Positions 36,880-48,707 of a DNA stretch of 64,000 bases are shown here, one piece after another. Both the position numbers and the translations under genes were made by a program. Each line of letters opens with the position of its first letter. Positions within the stretch are counted from its first letter, which is position 1. Origin of the DNA: Azolla caroliniana (Eukaryota; Plantae; Polypodiophyta); contig JBHGNT010000009.1 in the NCBI GenBank assembly GCA_043228905.1, positions 9,424,001 to 9,488,000 on the forward strand, in the 5' to 3' direction. A model generated the notes under the pieces. The model had not been told where the DNA came from. It ran no database searches and saw nothing but the letters and a program-made list of their open reading frames with translations.

Positions 36880-38640
36880 AAAGTGTTGCCTCTTAGGAAA
36901 CACGGGCCGTGGTCAGTCCTTCGACCTAGACCCCAAGGTGGGTGTGGAACAACGAACAAAGCTTAATCATACTACGTAAGGAGAGAACCTCTGTGACTTC
37001 GTTGTGTGTAAGGGGAGACGGCTACAACCAACTCCTTCTCACAGGTTGCGCTTACGTACTACTACGATTACGTATCCGAGACACGGACACTGAATTAGCC
37101 GTAGCTATACACAGAAACTCAGAGAAGATAGTATTCTATTATCAGGCGTTCTTTTTACAATTCCCAAAATTTACACACACCTCCTTACGAGGTTTTCTAC
37201 CCTTTATATATGCAGGGTCTAATTAGCTGTTCACGCGTACCCGCGTGAACCGTTACATACGTTACGCTTTATATAGTTTCTTATTCCTACGCTTTTGGCC
37301 GTCGGTTACTATTCCGGCGGACAACAAAGAGACCCATTCTTTTTCTTAACGAAGAAGATAGGAGCACCGGAAAGGGATCTAGAATGTCGAATGAATCCGT
37401 TTGCCAGATTCTTGTCGATATATTCCCGCAAAGTCTCTAGCTCTACAGGGGAGAGATTATAAATTGGGCCCCATGGAGGTTCTTTCCCTGGTTGTAAGTC
37501 AATAGGGCAGTTGTATGGCCGATGCTCCGGCAATGTATTGGCCTTCACCTTATTAAGAACTCTTTGTATTTCTCTAGTAGTTTAATGTCCGCTTCATGTA
37601 AGGTGAATGATGGAGTTGCTACTATTGCGAATATGAACATGTCCTCATTCCCCCCTTCCTCACATAACTGACGTAGAGAGATGGTCGATAACTTATGGGA
37701 TCTAGTATCAAATGTCGGAGATTTGAGGGATGCGAGCCTTGTTCTTGTTTCTTAGATTTCCTCAATTGTTCTTTTCATCCAATCAATCTTCGGGTTATGG
37801 AGTTCAAACCAAGGGAGACCTATAAGTATTGGGTGTTCCGGACTGTGAACAATGTTTAAAGATATTATGCTTGCCAAATCGCCAAGAACTATACGAATTG
37901 GCTTGAACTCTTCAACTATATCACCTGATGCTATGGGACGGCCATCAATGACTCCTACAGTGTCGTGAAGAAAACCGTCCACGAGCGGAATCCGTGCACC
38001 GGAGCGTAGAAACCGACTCTTCATGCACGTGCGCCTTAAGTTGTACATAGGAGATCCTAGGTAGATTCGGTAGGTAGGGAGTAAAGGGGAAACGGCTCCT
38101 TCCTTGCCTATAAAAGGAGGGAGACGAGGAGGGTAGAGGGATCGCGGAGAGTCGAGGACGAAGTGCTGTCGGTTTGCGTGCGAAGGCTTCTCTCTCTCTC
38201 TCTTTCTGGTTGCAAACGCCATAGCTTCCTTCGGTGCAGGTTTCGGGAGGCTCGCGCTGCTCTGAGGAATGCCCGAGTGCTTCCGGCAGCACCTCCAACC
38301 TACTCCTTCCTCTCTGTGCGTCTACGAGCAGGTATCGGCATCTGTTCGCCGGCCTGTTCGGTTGTAACCGGCTTCGTGTTTTGTTGTCTTCGTGTTCTTG
38401 TTGTTTGTCTTGTCAATACATACATACATTCGTGTCTTTCTGCGTCGCTGTCCCACTTGCGTCTTTGCGTCGAAGGGCCGTGTCCCTGTGGATCTACGCT
38501 CGCACGTAAACGGATTCTTCCCCTCCTCTCTTGCTCTTTGGTACAGGACCCCCGAGGTTCCGCCTCGTTCCACGCATTCGCGAGGAATACCTCGACATCT
38601 TGGTGAACCCGACGTGAAGGAGGCGGCAGAAGAGCAGAAG

Positions 38641-40767
38641 ATGAGGGGGTCGGATCTTGCAGAGGCCATGGCTTCGGCCGTGGATCGGATATTGAGCACA
38701 CGCGAGGGCACCGGCGCCCTCGACAGAGCCATTGAGGCGGTTGTCGGTACGATCGGCCGTTTCAGCGGAAAGGATGCTACGAAGTATTTGGCGTCCTACG
38801 GGGCGAAAATGCTGATGCGGGACATTCTGGAAGAGAGGCGTCTTGCCGGGTTCCCTCGAGTGGCGATGCCGAGCATCCATGCGGAGGTGCTCAAGGTACG
38901 GGCGGAGAGCCGTACCTGGGAGGAGTTCGAAGGCTGACTCCTAGAGAAATATGGGCTGGACGACGCGCTCCGGCTTTCGAAACGGGACTTCATGGAATGG
39001 GTGGAGTCCCCCGGCAAAGGAAGAAACGCGTCGGCACTCCTCCGGGAGTTCGAAGAACGCTTTGCGCGCCTTTTGGCGCTTCACCGAACCATTCTGGATA
39101 CGAGCCGGGTCCTGCTGTTCGTCAAGTCGGTGGACGAGCGGGACCGGGATCAAGTCGGCTCCTTGCTGGAAACCGAAGACGGGCTGACGACCGACTGGGC
39201 TACGGTTAAGAGAGTCTGTGGCCGTTTCGATAAACGGCGAGAATGGGCTGACAACGGGGCGGCCGGTGCGGGCTCTGTCACAGCAAGGAGGCTTGAACCG
39301 GTGCCGCAAGTGCGAAGGGAAGAAACCTGGGAATGGCTCGAAACCGGTCCGGCTTCGACCAGCATGGTCAATGGCTCGTCCGGAGGAGCAGCGCTGGAGG
39401 AGTTGACGCGGGCGATAAAGGATCTCCAGATCGCCCAGACTCGAAGGGAAGGCGGCGAACCGGCTCGTGACCGACGGCCGGCAGCGGGGAACAGGTGCAT
39501 GTGGTGCGACGAGGTCGGCCACATTCAGAAGGACTGCGGCGATTTCGCAGAGGCGTTGAGGAATCGGGTGGTGTACCTGTGGGAAGGTCGGGTGCACGCC
39601 GGCGACACCAGGAGGGCCCTGAACCAAAACGACGGGTGAGGAGGAATGAAGAGACTGATGGAAGAGGCAGCGGCCCGACACGTGGAGGCCATCCACTACT
39701 CAGCGTCGGCCGGCATTCGGGTCGGGGGCAGCGAGGCCCGAAAGGAGGGCAAAGACGGATTCTGGTCAGCAATGCTGGAAGGTCTTGCCGGCGCACGGCT
39801 AAGGAAAGATGAAACGGACCGCGCTGAGAGACGGGTCCGGGAAATAACCGAGTGGAGCGATCCGGTCGAGGAGAAGACGGGCTATGTAGAAGCCGCCTGC
39901 CGGAACTACGAGGCTCTGGCTGAAGACAAACGGGTGGGGAAAACCGGAGCGGCTGGGCCCTCACAGCGGTACGAGACCCGATTCGGGCAACGACGGAACG
40001 ATGCCGGTGGGTCCAGCCCGCAAGATAACCCCAGGAAGGGCGGATACCGACTGGGGACGGAAATAGAAAGGACTACAGACCTACGAAAGGTACTAGAAGA
40101 ACGGATCCTCGACAACAAAGTGGAGTTGTCATTGCGAGAGGTGCTAGGGATCGCCAAGAAGGAGTTCCACGACTCCATTGTGGACCTGGTGAAACGGAAG
40201 AGGCTGTCGACGGAGACGGAACCGGAAAGACCGGTGGAGGTGAGGACAACGCACATCGACGACATGGCGATGGAAGACGAGTGGGCGGAGAGCCACTATT
40301 CGAGGCCACACTAGGCCCGAGCGACCACGGAGACCCCGGTAAAGATCGGAGATGTTCAGGAACCGGTGGTGGCATTGGTGGACCACGGTTCGGAAATAAA
40401 CCTGATGTCCATGGACTTCTATAAGAAGGGGAAGTGGTCGATCAACACCAAGCACGGGTGGAAGATACGGGCGGCGGCGCGCGCCACCGAGGAACTGCAT
40501 GGGGCCTGCCCGAACGTGCTAGTCAAGATCGGCGACGTCGAGGTTGACCAGCACTTCTTCGTACAGGAGACGTCCTCGCACCCGGTCATATTAGGGGAAC
40601 CATACATCACGGCGGCGCGAATGGAGACCAAGGTGCTGGACAACGGTTCGGCCTACGTGAGGGTCAAAAGCCAGGACGGGCGCCATTCGGTCCAATTTCT
40701 GACAGTGCGACCGAACCACGAGCGAAACCGTGAATCCCTCAGTGGCGAGAACCAGGAGGATTTTTAG
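38641..40767 (+). pseudogene. Gag-protease with three in-frame stops
   Basis: Stops ending at 38937, 39639 and 40314. Otherwise colinear with 29077-31203. Confidence 0.9.
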
Positions 40768-43700
40768 AGAGGGCTGCCAAGGCGTGGGGCCGAGATAGTC
40801 CGGACACTCGGGAAAGTCCCCACGACTGTACGATAGGTAGGGGATTTTGCTTCTCCGACAATGGAGGGAGTATGATAGTCGGCATCGTCGGCCGAGAAAA
40901 GACAAGGGCGGAAGTGCGACTTCGAGCGTGCGGAGTTCTCGGCCCGGACGAGGAAATCAGCGGAGCCATGGAGGCGGTCTCCTTCGACGACACCTTGGGA
41001 ATGCTGAGGAAGGTAGCCGGAGAAGACCTTAATGAAGACCGGACGATACCGGTATGTTCCGAAGAGATGTACGAAGTCATCGCGAACTTCAGTCGGGGGC
41101 TCGGGTCGGATCGAACGGCCCGAGTTAGCACGAGGTACAAGACTGTGCACCGGAAGGTAAGGCCAGTCGCGGCACCCTTGCCAGAGGGCAGCGAGTCCCG
41201 AATCAGAGGGGTGGCGTCGGACACCAGTTTACGAGATCCGGCCTGCATAGGACACACCTTCACCGACGGAACGCTCCGGGAGCTCAAAATCGGTGGGGGC
41301 GGGTTCCTACTGCCAGCGGAGGAAGACCGGTTTCGGAGAATGCTCGGAAGGCACGGGAAAGCCTTCGCATTCTCACCAGAAGAGATCGGGTGCGTAGACC
41401 CGACGATCGTGGAGCCGATGGTGATATTCACGGTAAGGCATGTACCGTGGAATCTCAAGCCGATTCCAGTACCGAGAGCTCACATCCCGAAGTTGATGGA
41501 GCTATTGAGGCAGAAAGTCGATATGGGTATTCTCGAACCGTCGAGCGCGCCATACTCGAACCGATGGTTTACCGTACCAAAGAAAAACGGAACATTGCGC
41601 TTCATTCAGGACCTGCAGCCGGTCAACATAGTGACCATCCGGAACGCAGGAATCGGACCGACCATAGACGAGTTCGCGGAGGCCTTCGCCGGAAGGTCGA
41701 TTTACTCGGTCGGTGATCTGTACTCGAGGTACGACCAGTTCCAGCTAGCCGTGGAGAGCAGAGACATTACGACGATGCGAACTCCCCTCGGCCTAGTGCG
41801 AATGTGTACCCTGCCACAAGGAGGGACCAACTCGGTGGCCCACATGGTGAATGCAATGAACAAAGTACTGAGGGATTGCATCCCGGACATCACCATGCCG
41901 TTTCTAGATGACATCCCTATCAAGGGGTGCCCGGTGGAAGGGAAGGACGAGACACTCGGGCCGGACGGATGCCGGCGATTCGTAGCAACACACATCGACG
42001 ACTGCGAGAAGGTGCTACAAAGGCTAGAGGATGCGAGGCTCACCTTCTCCGGGGAGAAATCGGCCTTCGGGCAATCAGAAATCCTGGTGGTCGGGCACCT
42101 GTGTGGACCATATGGCCGGAAGCCGTCTCCGGCAAAGGTAGAAGCCATCTCCGCGATGAAGACCGATTGTAGCTCGGTTACGGAAGTTCGGAGGTTCCTA
42201 GGGGCATGCGCGTTCTACCACATATGGATCCCGCATTACGCCCACGTTGCGGAGCCGCTATACGGGTTGCTGAAGAAAGGGCGAAAATTCGAGTGGCGAG
42301 ACGAGCACACGGAGTCGGTCCGGAAGCTGAAGGAAGCTCTTGCGGCAGCACCGGCGCTCCGGAAGGCTGTCTACGAGAAGGGTACCCCGGTATACATAAC
42401 AGTGGATACGAGTCCGACCGGGATCGGATGGGTCGTCAACCAAGAGGACAAGAACGGCATTCGGTTCCCGATCCGATTCGGCACGAAGGTTCTCAGTGAA
42501 CGACAGCGAGGGTACGCCCAGGTTAAACGCGAACTCTGGGGTATCGTTTCGGCAGTAAAGGCCGACAAAGACTACCTGATCGGGACAGAAGTGGTTATCG
42601 AGACGGATTGCCTGCCGATTCTCGACATGGTTTCCGGATGCGCGACACCGGACCTGGCAATGCTCCGGTGGATAGCGTACATCAAGTCCCTGGACCCGGA
42701 AATACGGCACATTTCCGGAAAGGACAACGCCATGGCCGACATGCTTTCGAGGCCGAGGTTTGATGACGAGGGCGGCATGGTTTCGGAGGACGAAGAAGTC
42801 GGCGTGGACTTCTTCGAGGCGGCGTACGTGACGACCGATGGGGCGAGCACTCCGGCACTTAACGGCTTCGACGAGAGCAAGTACGACGGCGAGTGGCTAC
42901 AGATCGGTGGATTTTGGAGGACAATGACGTCGGATGCGTCATGGACGAAGGACGAGGCCAACTGGATCCGGAAGAAAGCATACCGATTCTTTCTCCGGGA
43001 TGGATACTTATGGAAGCACCCGAAGAAGAGGAACGGCGTCCCGCTCCGGGTGGTGGCGATGAAGGAAGAACAGGAGGAGCTGTTGACGGCCTACCACGAC
43101 AGCCCTTGGGCTGGACACCGTGGAACGTGGGCCACGTTCGAGAAGATAAAGGGGAAGTACTGGTGGCCGGGACTGTATCGGGACGTGCATCGGTTCGTGA
43201 AAACTTGCGAGAGCTGTAAGATGCACTCTGTAGTCCAACATCGGGACGAGCTTCACCCTACGTACCCTCCGACCATCCACTTCAAATGGATGATAGACCT
43301 GGTGACGATGCCGATGGGAGTAGGACAGATGCGGTATCTAGTCCTGGCTCGGGAAGACCTGACGAACCAAGTAGAAGGCCGAGCCCTTCAGAACAAAACG
43401 ACCGCAGCCGTATGTCGGTTCCTAATCGAGGACGTGATATGCCGGTACGGGTGCGTCGGGAAGATCGTGGCTGATCGCGGGGAGTTGGACGCCGAAGAAG
43501 CTGAAGAGCTATTCGACCGGCTAGGAGTCAAGCTCTCGCTTACCACTGCGTACAATCCGGAGGCGAATGGAAAGGTGGAGCGCGGACACGGACCGATTGT
43601 CAAGGCGTTAGTTCGGGCATGCGGAGGTCAAGTCGGGAACTGGCCGCGGCTATTGCCTTACGCGTTGTGGGCTGACCGGACTACGCACAGTTCGGCAACC

Positions 43701-44231
43701 GGATTCATGCCGGCAGAGCTCATGTTTCGGCAGAAGCCGATCATGTCGATCGAACGTACGATCTCCTCATGGGCAACCGTGGATTGGAGAGACGAGATGA
43801 GCCGGGAGGAACTGCTGGCGGCGCGTATACGACAGCTCGAGCGAAGACCGAAGGACGTGGAGCGGGCTGCGGAAAAGCTTCGGGAAGCAAGGATGAGGAA
43901 CAAAGCCCGGTTCGACCGAACACACCGGCTCCGACCGAAGAAGATCGAGGAAGGCGATTGGGTGCTAGTCTACGACAGCAGCCTCGACAACCAGCACCGA
44001 GCGACGCGGAAGTTCGCAAGAAGGTGGTTCGGGCCTTACGTGGTACAAAGCGCCAACGACAATGGGACGTACCATCTGGCGGAACTCGACGGCACGAGAG
44101 TGGCGATACCGGTAGCTGGGAAACGGATCAAAGCGTTCAAGAAGCGTCACGACGACGAGCCGGATCCGGTTAACCTGGACCGGGACGACGAACGATCCGA
44201 AACCGAGGAAGAACCGACGGGCGGGGAATGA
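40764..44231 (+). CDS. Gypsy pol (RT-RNase H-integrase), intact frame
   Basis: 1119-aa ORF from 40872, open upstream to the slippery site at 40758-40764. Confidence 0.9.
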   Translation, partial: LERAAKAWGRDSPDTRESPHDCTIGRGFCFSDNGGSMIVGIVGREKTRAEVRLRACGVLGPDEEISGAMEAVSFDDTLGMLRKVAGEDLNEDRTIPVCSEEMYEVIANFSRGLGSDRTARVSTRYKTVHRKVRPVAAPLPEGSESRIRGVASDTSLRDPACIGHTFTDGTLRELKIGGGGFLLPAEEDRFRRMLGRHGKAFAFSPEEIGCVDPTIVEPMVIFTVRHVPWNLKPIPVPRAHIPKLMELLRQKVDMGILEPSSAPYSNRWFTVPKKNGTLRFIQDLQPVNIVTIRNAGIGPTIDEFAEAFAGRSIYSVGDLYSRYDQFQLAVESRDITTMRTPLGLVRMCTLPQGGTNSVAHMVNAMNKVLRDCIPDITMPFLDDIPIKGCPVEGKDETLGPDGCRRFVATHIDDCEKVLQRLEDARLTFSGEKSAFGQSEILVVGHLCGPYGRKPSPAKVEAISAMKTDCSSVTEVRRFLGACAFYHIWIPHYAHVAEPLYGLLKKGRKFEWRDEHTESVRKLKEALAAAPALRKAVYEKGTPVYITVDTSPTGIGWVVNQEDKNGIRFPIRFGTKVLSERQRGYAQVKRELWGIVSAVKADKDYLIGTEVVIETDCLPILDMVSGCATPDLAMLRWIAYIKSLDPEIRHISGKDNAMADMLSRPRFDDEGGMVSEDEEVGVDFFEAAYVTTDGASTPALNGFDESKYDGEWLQIGGFWRTMTSDASWTKDEANWIRKKAYRFFLRDGYLWKHPKKRNGVPLRVVAMKEEQEELLTAYHDSPWAGHRGTWATFEKIKGKYWWPGLYRDVHRFVKTCESCKMHSVVQHRDELHPTYPPTIHFKWMIDLVTMPMGVGQMRYLVLAREDLTNQVEGRALQNKTTAAVCRFLIEDVICRYGCVGKIVADRGELDAEEAEELFDRLGVKLSLTTAYNPEANGKVERGHGPIVKALVRACGGQVGNWPRLLPYALWADRTTHSSATGFMPAELMFRQKPIMSIERTISSWATVDWRDEMSREELLAARIRQLERRPKDVERAAEKLREARMRNKARFDRTHRLRPKKIEEGDWVLVYDSSLDNQHRATRKFARRWFGPYVVQSANDNGTYHLAELDGTRVAIPVAGKRIKAFKKRHDDEPDPVNLDRDDERSETEEEPTGGE

Positions 44232-47200
44232 AGGCTGGACCGGTTTTCTCCGTCCCAACACAATTTGGCGCATGCCGGTGGATGCGCGGTTAGGTGGGGG
44301 CGGATGTCGTGAAGAAAACCGTCCACGAGCGGAATCCGTGCACCGGAGCGTAGAAACCGACTCTTCATGCACGTTCGCCTTAAGTTGTACATAGGAGATC
44401 CTAGGTAGATTCGGTAGGTAGGGAGTAAAGGGGAAACGGCTCCTTCCTTGCCTATAAAAGGAGGGAGACGAGGAGGGTAGAGGGATCGCGGAGAGTCGAG
44501 GACGAAGTGTTGTCGGTTTGCGTGCGAAGGCTTCTCTCTCTCTCTCTTTCTGGTTGCAAACGCCATAGCTTCCTTCGGTGCAGGCTTCGGGAGGCTCGCG
44601 CTACTCTGAGGAATGCCCGAGTGCTTCCGACAGCACCTCCAACCTACTCCTTCCTCTCTGTGCGTTTACGAGCAGGTATCGACATCTGTTCGCCGGCCTG
44701 TTCGGTTGTAACCGACTTCGTGTTTTGTTGTCTTCGTGTTCTTGTTGTTTGTCTTGTCAATACATACATACATTCGTGTCTTTCTGCGTCGTTGTCCCAC
44801 TTGCGTCTTTGCGTCGAAGGGTCGTGTCCCTGTGGATCTACGCTCGCACGTAAAGGGATTCTTCCCCTCCTCTCTTGCTCTTTGGTACAGGACCCCCGAG
44901 GTTCCGCCTCGTTCCACGCATCCGCGAGGAATACCTCGACAACGGTTATTGGGTTCAGGAGCTTATTCAAGAGGATGTTTTGTGACAATGCAAATTCACG
45001 ATCCATGAAACAAGAGTTGGGTCCAGAATCTAGGAGGGCGGACGCTAGGACTCGATGACATGTAGATGTGGTAAGCTCAACTTGTGTAGAGATTGATGAA
45101 ATGGAACCACGACTAGGAACTAACTCTACATAGCTAGTATGGTCCAACCAAATGGCTCCTTTTTTGGCCGGACTTACTTGTTTAACACATCCTCTAATTG
45201 GCTCAAGACATCGAATCTATTCTCATGGCATGGACTATTAGGCTTAGTTATGTTATTAGAAGTAACAATGGAACTTGAAGTAGGGTTGTCATGTGCACTT
45301 ACTTGGTATACTTGACGTCTAGGTTTATGTGGAAAATTCACGGCTATATGTCCTGGACCACCACAATATAGGCATAGGCGGTGCGCTCGACGTCGTTGCT
45401 TCTCAGCATCTGATAAAGGCCCTCAACATTGTGTTGAATCTATTTCCATTGGAGTTGGGTCATCCCTTGTAATGGTTCTGGAAACTTGTGAAGGAGTTGC
45501 GACGACAAAAGCGTAAGTCTGTTCTAGTTGGTGGCGTAACATTTGTTGGCGTTCAAAACATCGCTCAAGTAGGCTATTATCACATCACACGGCTCAACTA
45601 ATGGCCTCAATAAGAGACTTCAGATCTTCATGGAAAGTAAGAAGAAGATCTTTGACATCATTACACAAACCTTGATGGAATTGATCCATTAAGGCCGCCT
45701 CATCCCAAGGGATATCGCATGCCAAGAGACGGAAATCAGCTACGTAAGCTGACGCGAGACGATCTCCTTGTCAGAGCCTTCTAATCTTGTTTATCGTTGT
45801 CCTAGTGTTGTCGGTGTCTCCGAAATTAGCTTGAAACTCCTTAACAAATGCCTTAAAATCCCCCACCAATGGTGATTTCTTCTCGAGGAGTGGTGCAAAC
45901 CATGCTAATGTCGTACCACATAACAAGGTTCCCAGTAATCCCACACGAGCAGCATCATTTGGGTACCTATTGGGATGTAGCTGAATAACCAAATGAAATT
46001 GATTCAAAAAGCCTCGAAATAAAGACCTCGTACCATCAAACTTAGCGTGGAGGCTAATCTTTGGTTCTCTAGGGGAGTTTTGAGCCCCCGACGTTTGTTC
46101 TCGTAATGATAATATAGATCCCTATTTATAAGTCCTGACTACTATGTAACACACTCTAGTGGAGGCTAATCTTGTGAACACACTCTAGGAATTTTCAAGT
46201 GTGGGAACACCCGACTACTATGTAACATTACTAATGTGTCAAAAGACTTAACTTCTATGACACATAGTTAGTAGGTAGTTAAAGTTCCCTCCTCTTTCCC
46301 AAGGGGTCGTTGTAGTAAGAGAATATAGAGAGAAGGTGACTATATAAGCACCTTCTCCCCCTCTTTTGTAGTTGTTGGTTATTCCTTTTTCTTGTGAATA
46401 CAGTTTCTTGTTTTCTGTCTATCCTGTGTCGACTCTCTCTCTCTCTCATATTTGACCTCCAAAGACGATAATATAATCTCTCTCTCTCCCCCCCCCCCCC
46501 TCTCTCTCTCACACACACACACACATCCCTATTCTGTTGCACATCACACTCAGTTTTTTACAATTGTTGTGTCAACAAGATTCAGAATGTATCATGGTGA
46601 TCAACAGCATTCTCCGTAAGGGAACCAATGCGAGTCATACCTTGGATTGTTGCACTTTGAAGGGTCACTACTAAGTCATGAAGGGTCGTCTTCCTCTACA
46701 CTAGCTAGTTGAGGGATTAGAGGACATCATTCCAAGGGTAAAGACCATGTTCTACATCAACATATATCAAGCATGGAGGATTCAAGAAACACAACAATAA
46801 AAGGAAGAAATGTGAATGGATAAAGATAAGGGATTCTTTCTAAAGGTCAAAAGTAGAAAATTGTGCAAGTCATGGATAAGAAGATTATGATAGAGAAAAA
46901 TGCTCACAATTTCTTCATATGAACTCCAAATTGAGCAAAGAAAGTTTTGTTGAAACATGGTCAAGGAGAGCTTTTTATGAATATCTTCTATGCAATAGTG
47001 GCGGAGAAAGCAAGTTGGCATCGAAAGAGGATAGCTAGGTCTCTATTTAGCCTACTTTATAAAATCGTGGATTCAATAATATCCATTACAAAACAAAGAT
47101 AGACTATAAAAAATGCAAGTTCAAAAAACATATAAATTTATATGGGAGAGAAAGTATTGAGGGGAATTATTAGAAAAAGAAAAATTGAGATTTAGAAGAA

Positions 47201-47390
47201 GCAAGAGTCAGGAAGAGACTTAGTAAAAGAAAGGGGGAGAAGAGGGAAGGACTATTATCGATTAGGGTGATAGAACACAAATAATTTTTTATGTGTGGTT
47301 GTGTCTGTGGTTTGAGCTTGTATTCTCTTTATAACAATTAATTTTCGTGTTTGTTTCTTCTCTTTTATTCCCTCTATCACTTTTCATCAT

Positions 47391-47626
47391 GTATATCTCA
47401 ATTAATTGATGTGGAAAACCTACATAGAGGAAATTGGCCCTTAGTGGATGCAAAGGGGAGAGAATGAGGACCAAAAGGTAGCCCCAAAGTTGGGACAATT
47501 CATCATGTATATACCATGTATATCTCAATTAATTGATGTGGAAAACCTACATAGAGGAAATTGGCCCTTAGTGGACGCAAAGGGGAGAGAATGAGGACCA
47601 AAAGGTAGCCCCAAAGTTGGGACAAC
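47391..47626. repeat. ~127-bp tandem duplication
   Basis: gtatatctcaattaattgatgtggaaaacc...gttgggacaa occurs twice. Confidence 0.9.
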
Positions 47627-48641
47627 CAAAGGCCCCTTTTATATGAGAGCTCTTTCCATTTTATAAAATTAGTAGTAAACCTTAAAGGGTTCCATTCACA
47701 TTACAATTCATTGACCATTAACCATTATCTGCCAAATAAAGGGTCATTTCCCAATAATTACAATATGCCCATGTTTCTTACATGAATTTGACTTGTGACC
47801 AATAATCCTGATATCAACTAGCAAGATTGAGAAATTGCAAGCACCTCACTTTTGCATGCTCCTATTTTTTTATCTTCCTACGGCGCCTGGTACGAGCAAA
47901 ATACACATCACCATGTATGTTCATTCTTATCCCCTTCATTTAATCCATTAAAGTCCACATAATGTCATTCATAGTCTGAATAGGATTTAAACACTTGACC
48001 TTTTCATTTCGAAAATAAGTTATTGTTAAGTGAGCTATGTCTTTTCGTTGTCTTAAGCTTCATCTTGTCGCATGTCCTTCTTGTGATACTTTTACCCTAT
48101 ATATTCTTCAATCTCTCATATATCTTGAGTTTGACAATTTTCCTCTCAGGAATGCCTCACATCACGACATTGGAATGGTTCATTAATGACTAAAGCACCT
48201 GCTTATATTTAACATGATTAGACCCCATGCATGTTCGCCACCTCACATCCATACAAGTTCTCAACTTGGCATTCATGCAAGCACTGTCAGGAATAGTACT
48301 AAAACAGAGATGGAATTAGTACTAAGAAGAGTAGTACTATTAGTACTAAGAGGACGGGACTGCGTAAGATTCCCGAGAGAGAGGAAGTGAGAAGAGGAGA
48401 GAGAGAGAGAAAATAGGATGATGACAGCAGCTCTTATATTATATGAAAGATAAGTACAAATCGACTAAGAGGCTTAAGACTGGTGTTGAACCAATTTGGT
48501 TCAACATAATGCTTAGTGCCTTCTTTTATAGTGTTCTCAGGAATAATCCTGAAGCTTCTAGAATGTTCCAGAGAAATCTGGAATATACATTACTTTCTTA
48601 TAATAAAACATAAATGAAAATAATATTCTATGAATTACAAT

Positions 48642-48707
48642 AGATGGTGAGATGGTTAAGAGCTCGACCCATATACCATAAGGTCATGGGTTCGAGTCTT
48701 GCCATCT
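48642..48707 (+). ncRNA. tRNA-like Pol III A/B-box module in LTR (second copy 53880-53945); not a functional tRNA
   Basis: TGGTGAGATGGTTAAGAGC...AAGGTCATGGGTTCGAGTC with tRNA spacing. Closed by an 11-bp stem AGATGGTGAGA/TCTTGCCATCT. Confidence 0.55.

Larger units (their letters stand above)
14551..37326 (-). mobile_element. Non-chromovirus Ty3/Gypsy (Athila/Tat-like) with 443-bp LTRs (14551-14993, 36884-37326), TSD AAGAG, extra 3' ORF
   Basis: TG..CA LTRs with ~17 mismatches by eye. AAGAG at 14546-14550 and 37327-37331. Domain order gag-PR-RT-RH-INT. Confidence 0.95.
37961..44941 (+). mobile_element. Trp-primed Ty3/Gypsy, 637-bp LTRs (37961-38597, 44305-44941), 4-bp TSD ACAG/ACGG
   Basis: About 12 substitutions plus small indels between LTRs. 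Removal restores host protease NPITVGVIDGRP. PBS 38601-38618, PPT 44288-44304. Confidence 0.95.
11409..46135 (-). mobile_element. Old chromovirus (Ty3/Gypsy, Tcn1/Tf1-like), host of the nest; 3' LTR 11409-11844, 5' end deleted
   Basis: Gag (45.2-46.1 kb), PR LLDSG, RT KKKNGSL|RLFMDY, RNase H, integrase and chromodomain fragments are colinear with the intact copy at 48285-53952 once the insertions are removed. PPT at 11845-11858. Confidence 0.9.

Noticed and set aside
48642-48707. Functional tRNA gene
   Set aside because: No proper anticodon or D stems and no oligo-T terminator; kept only as a tRNA-like promoter module.
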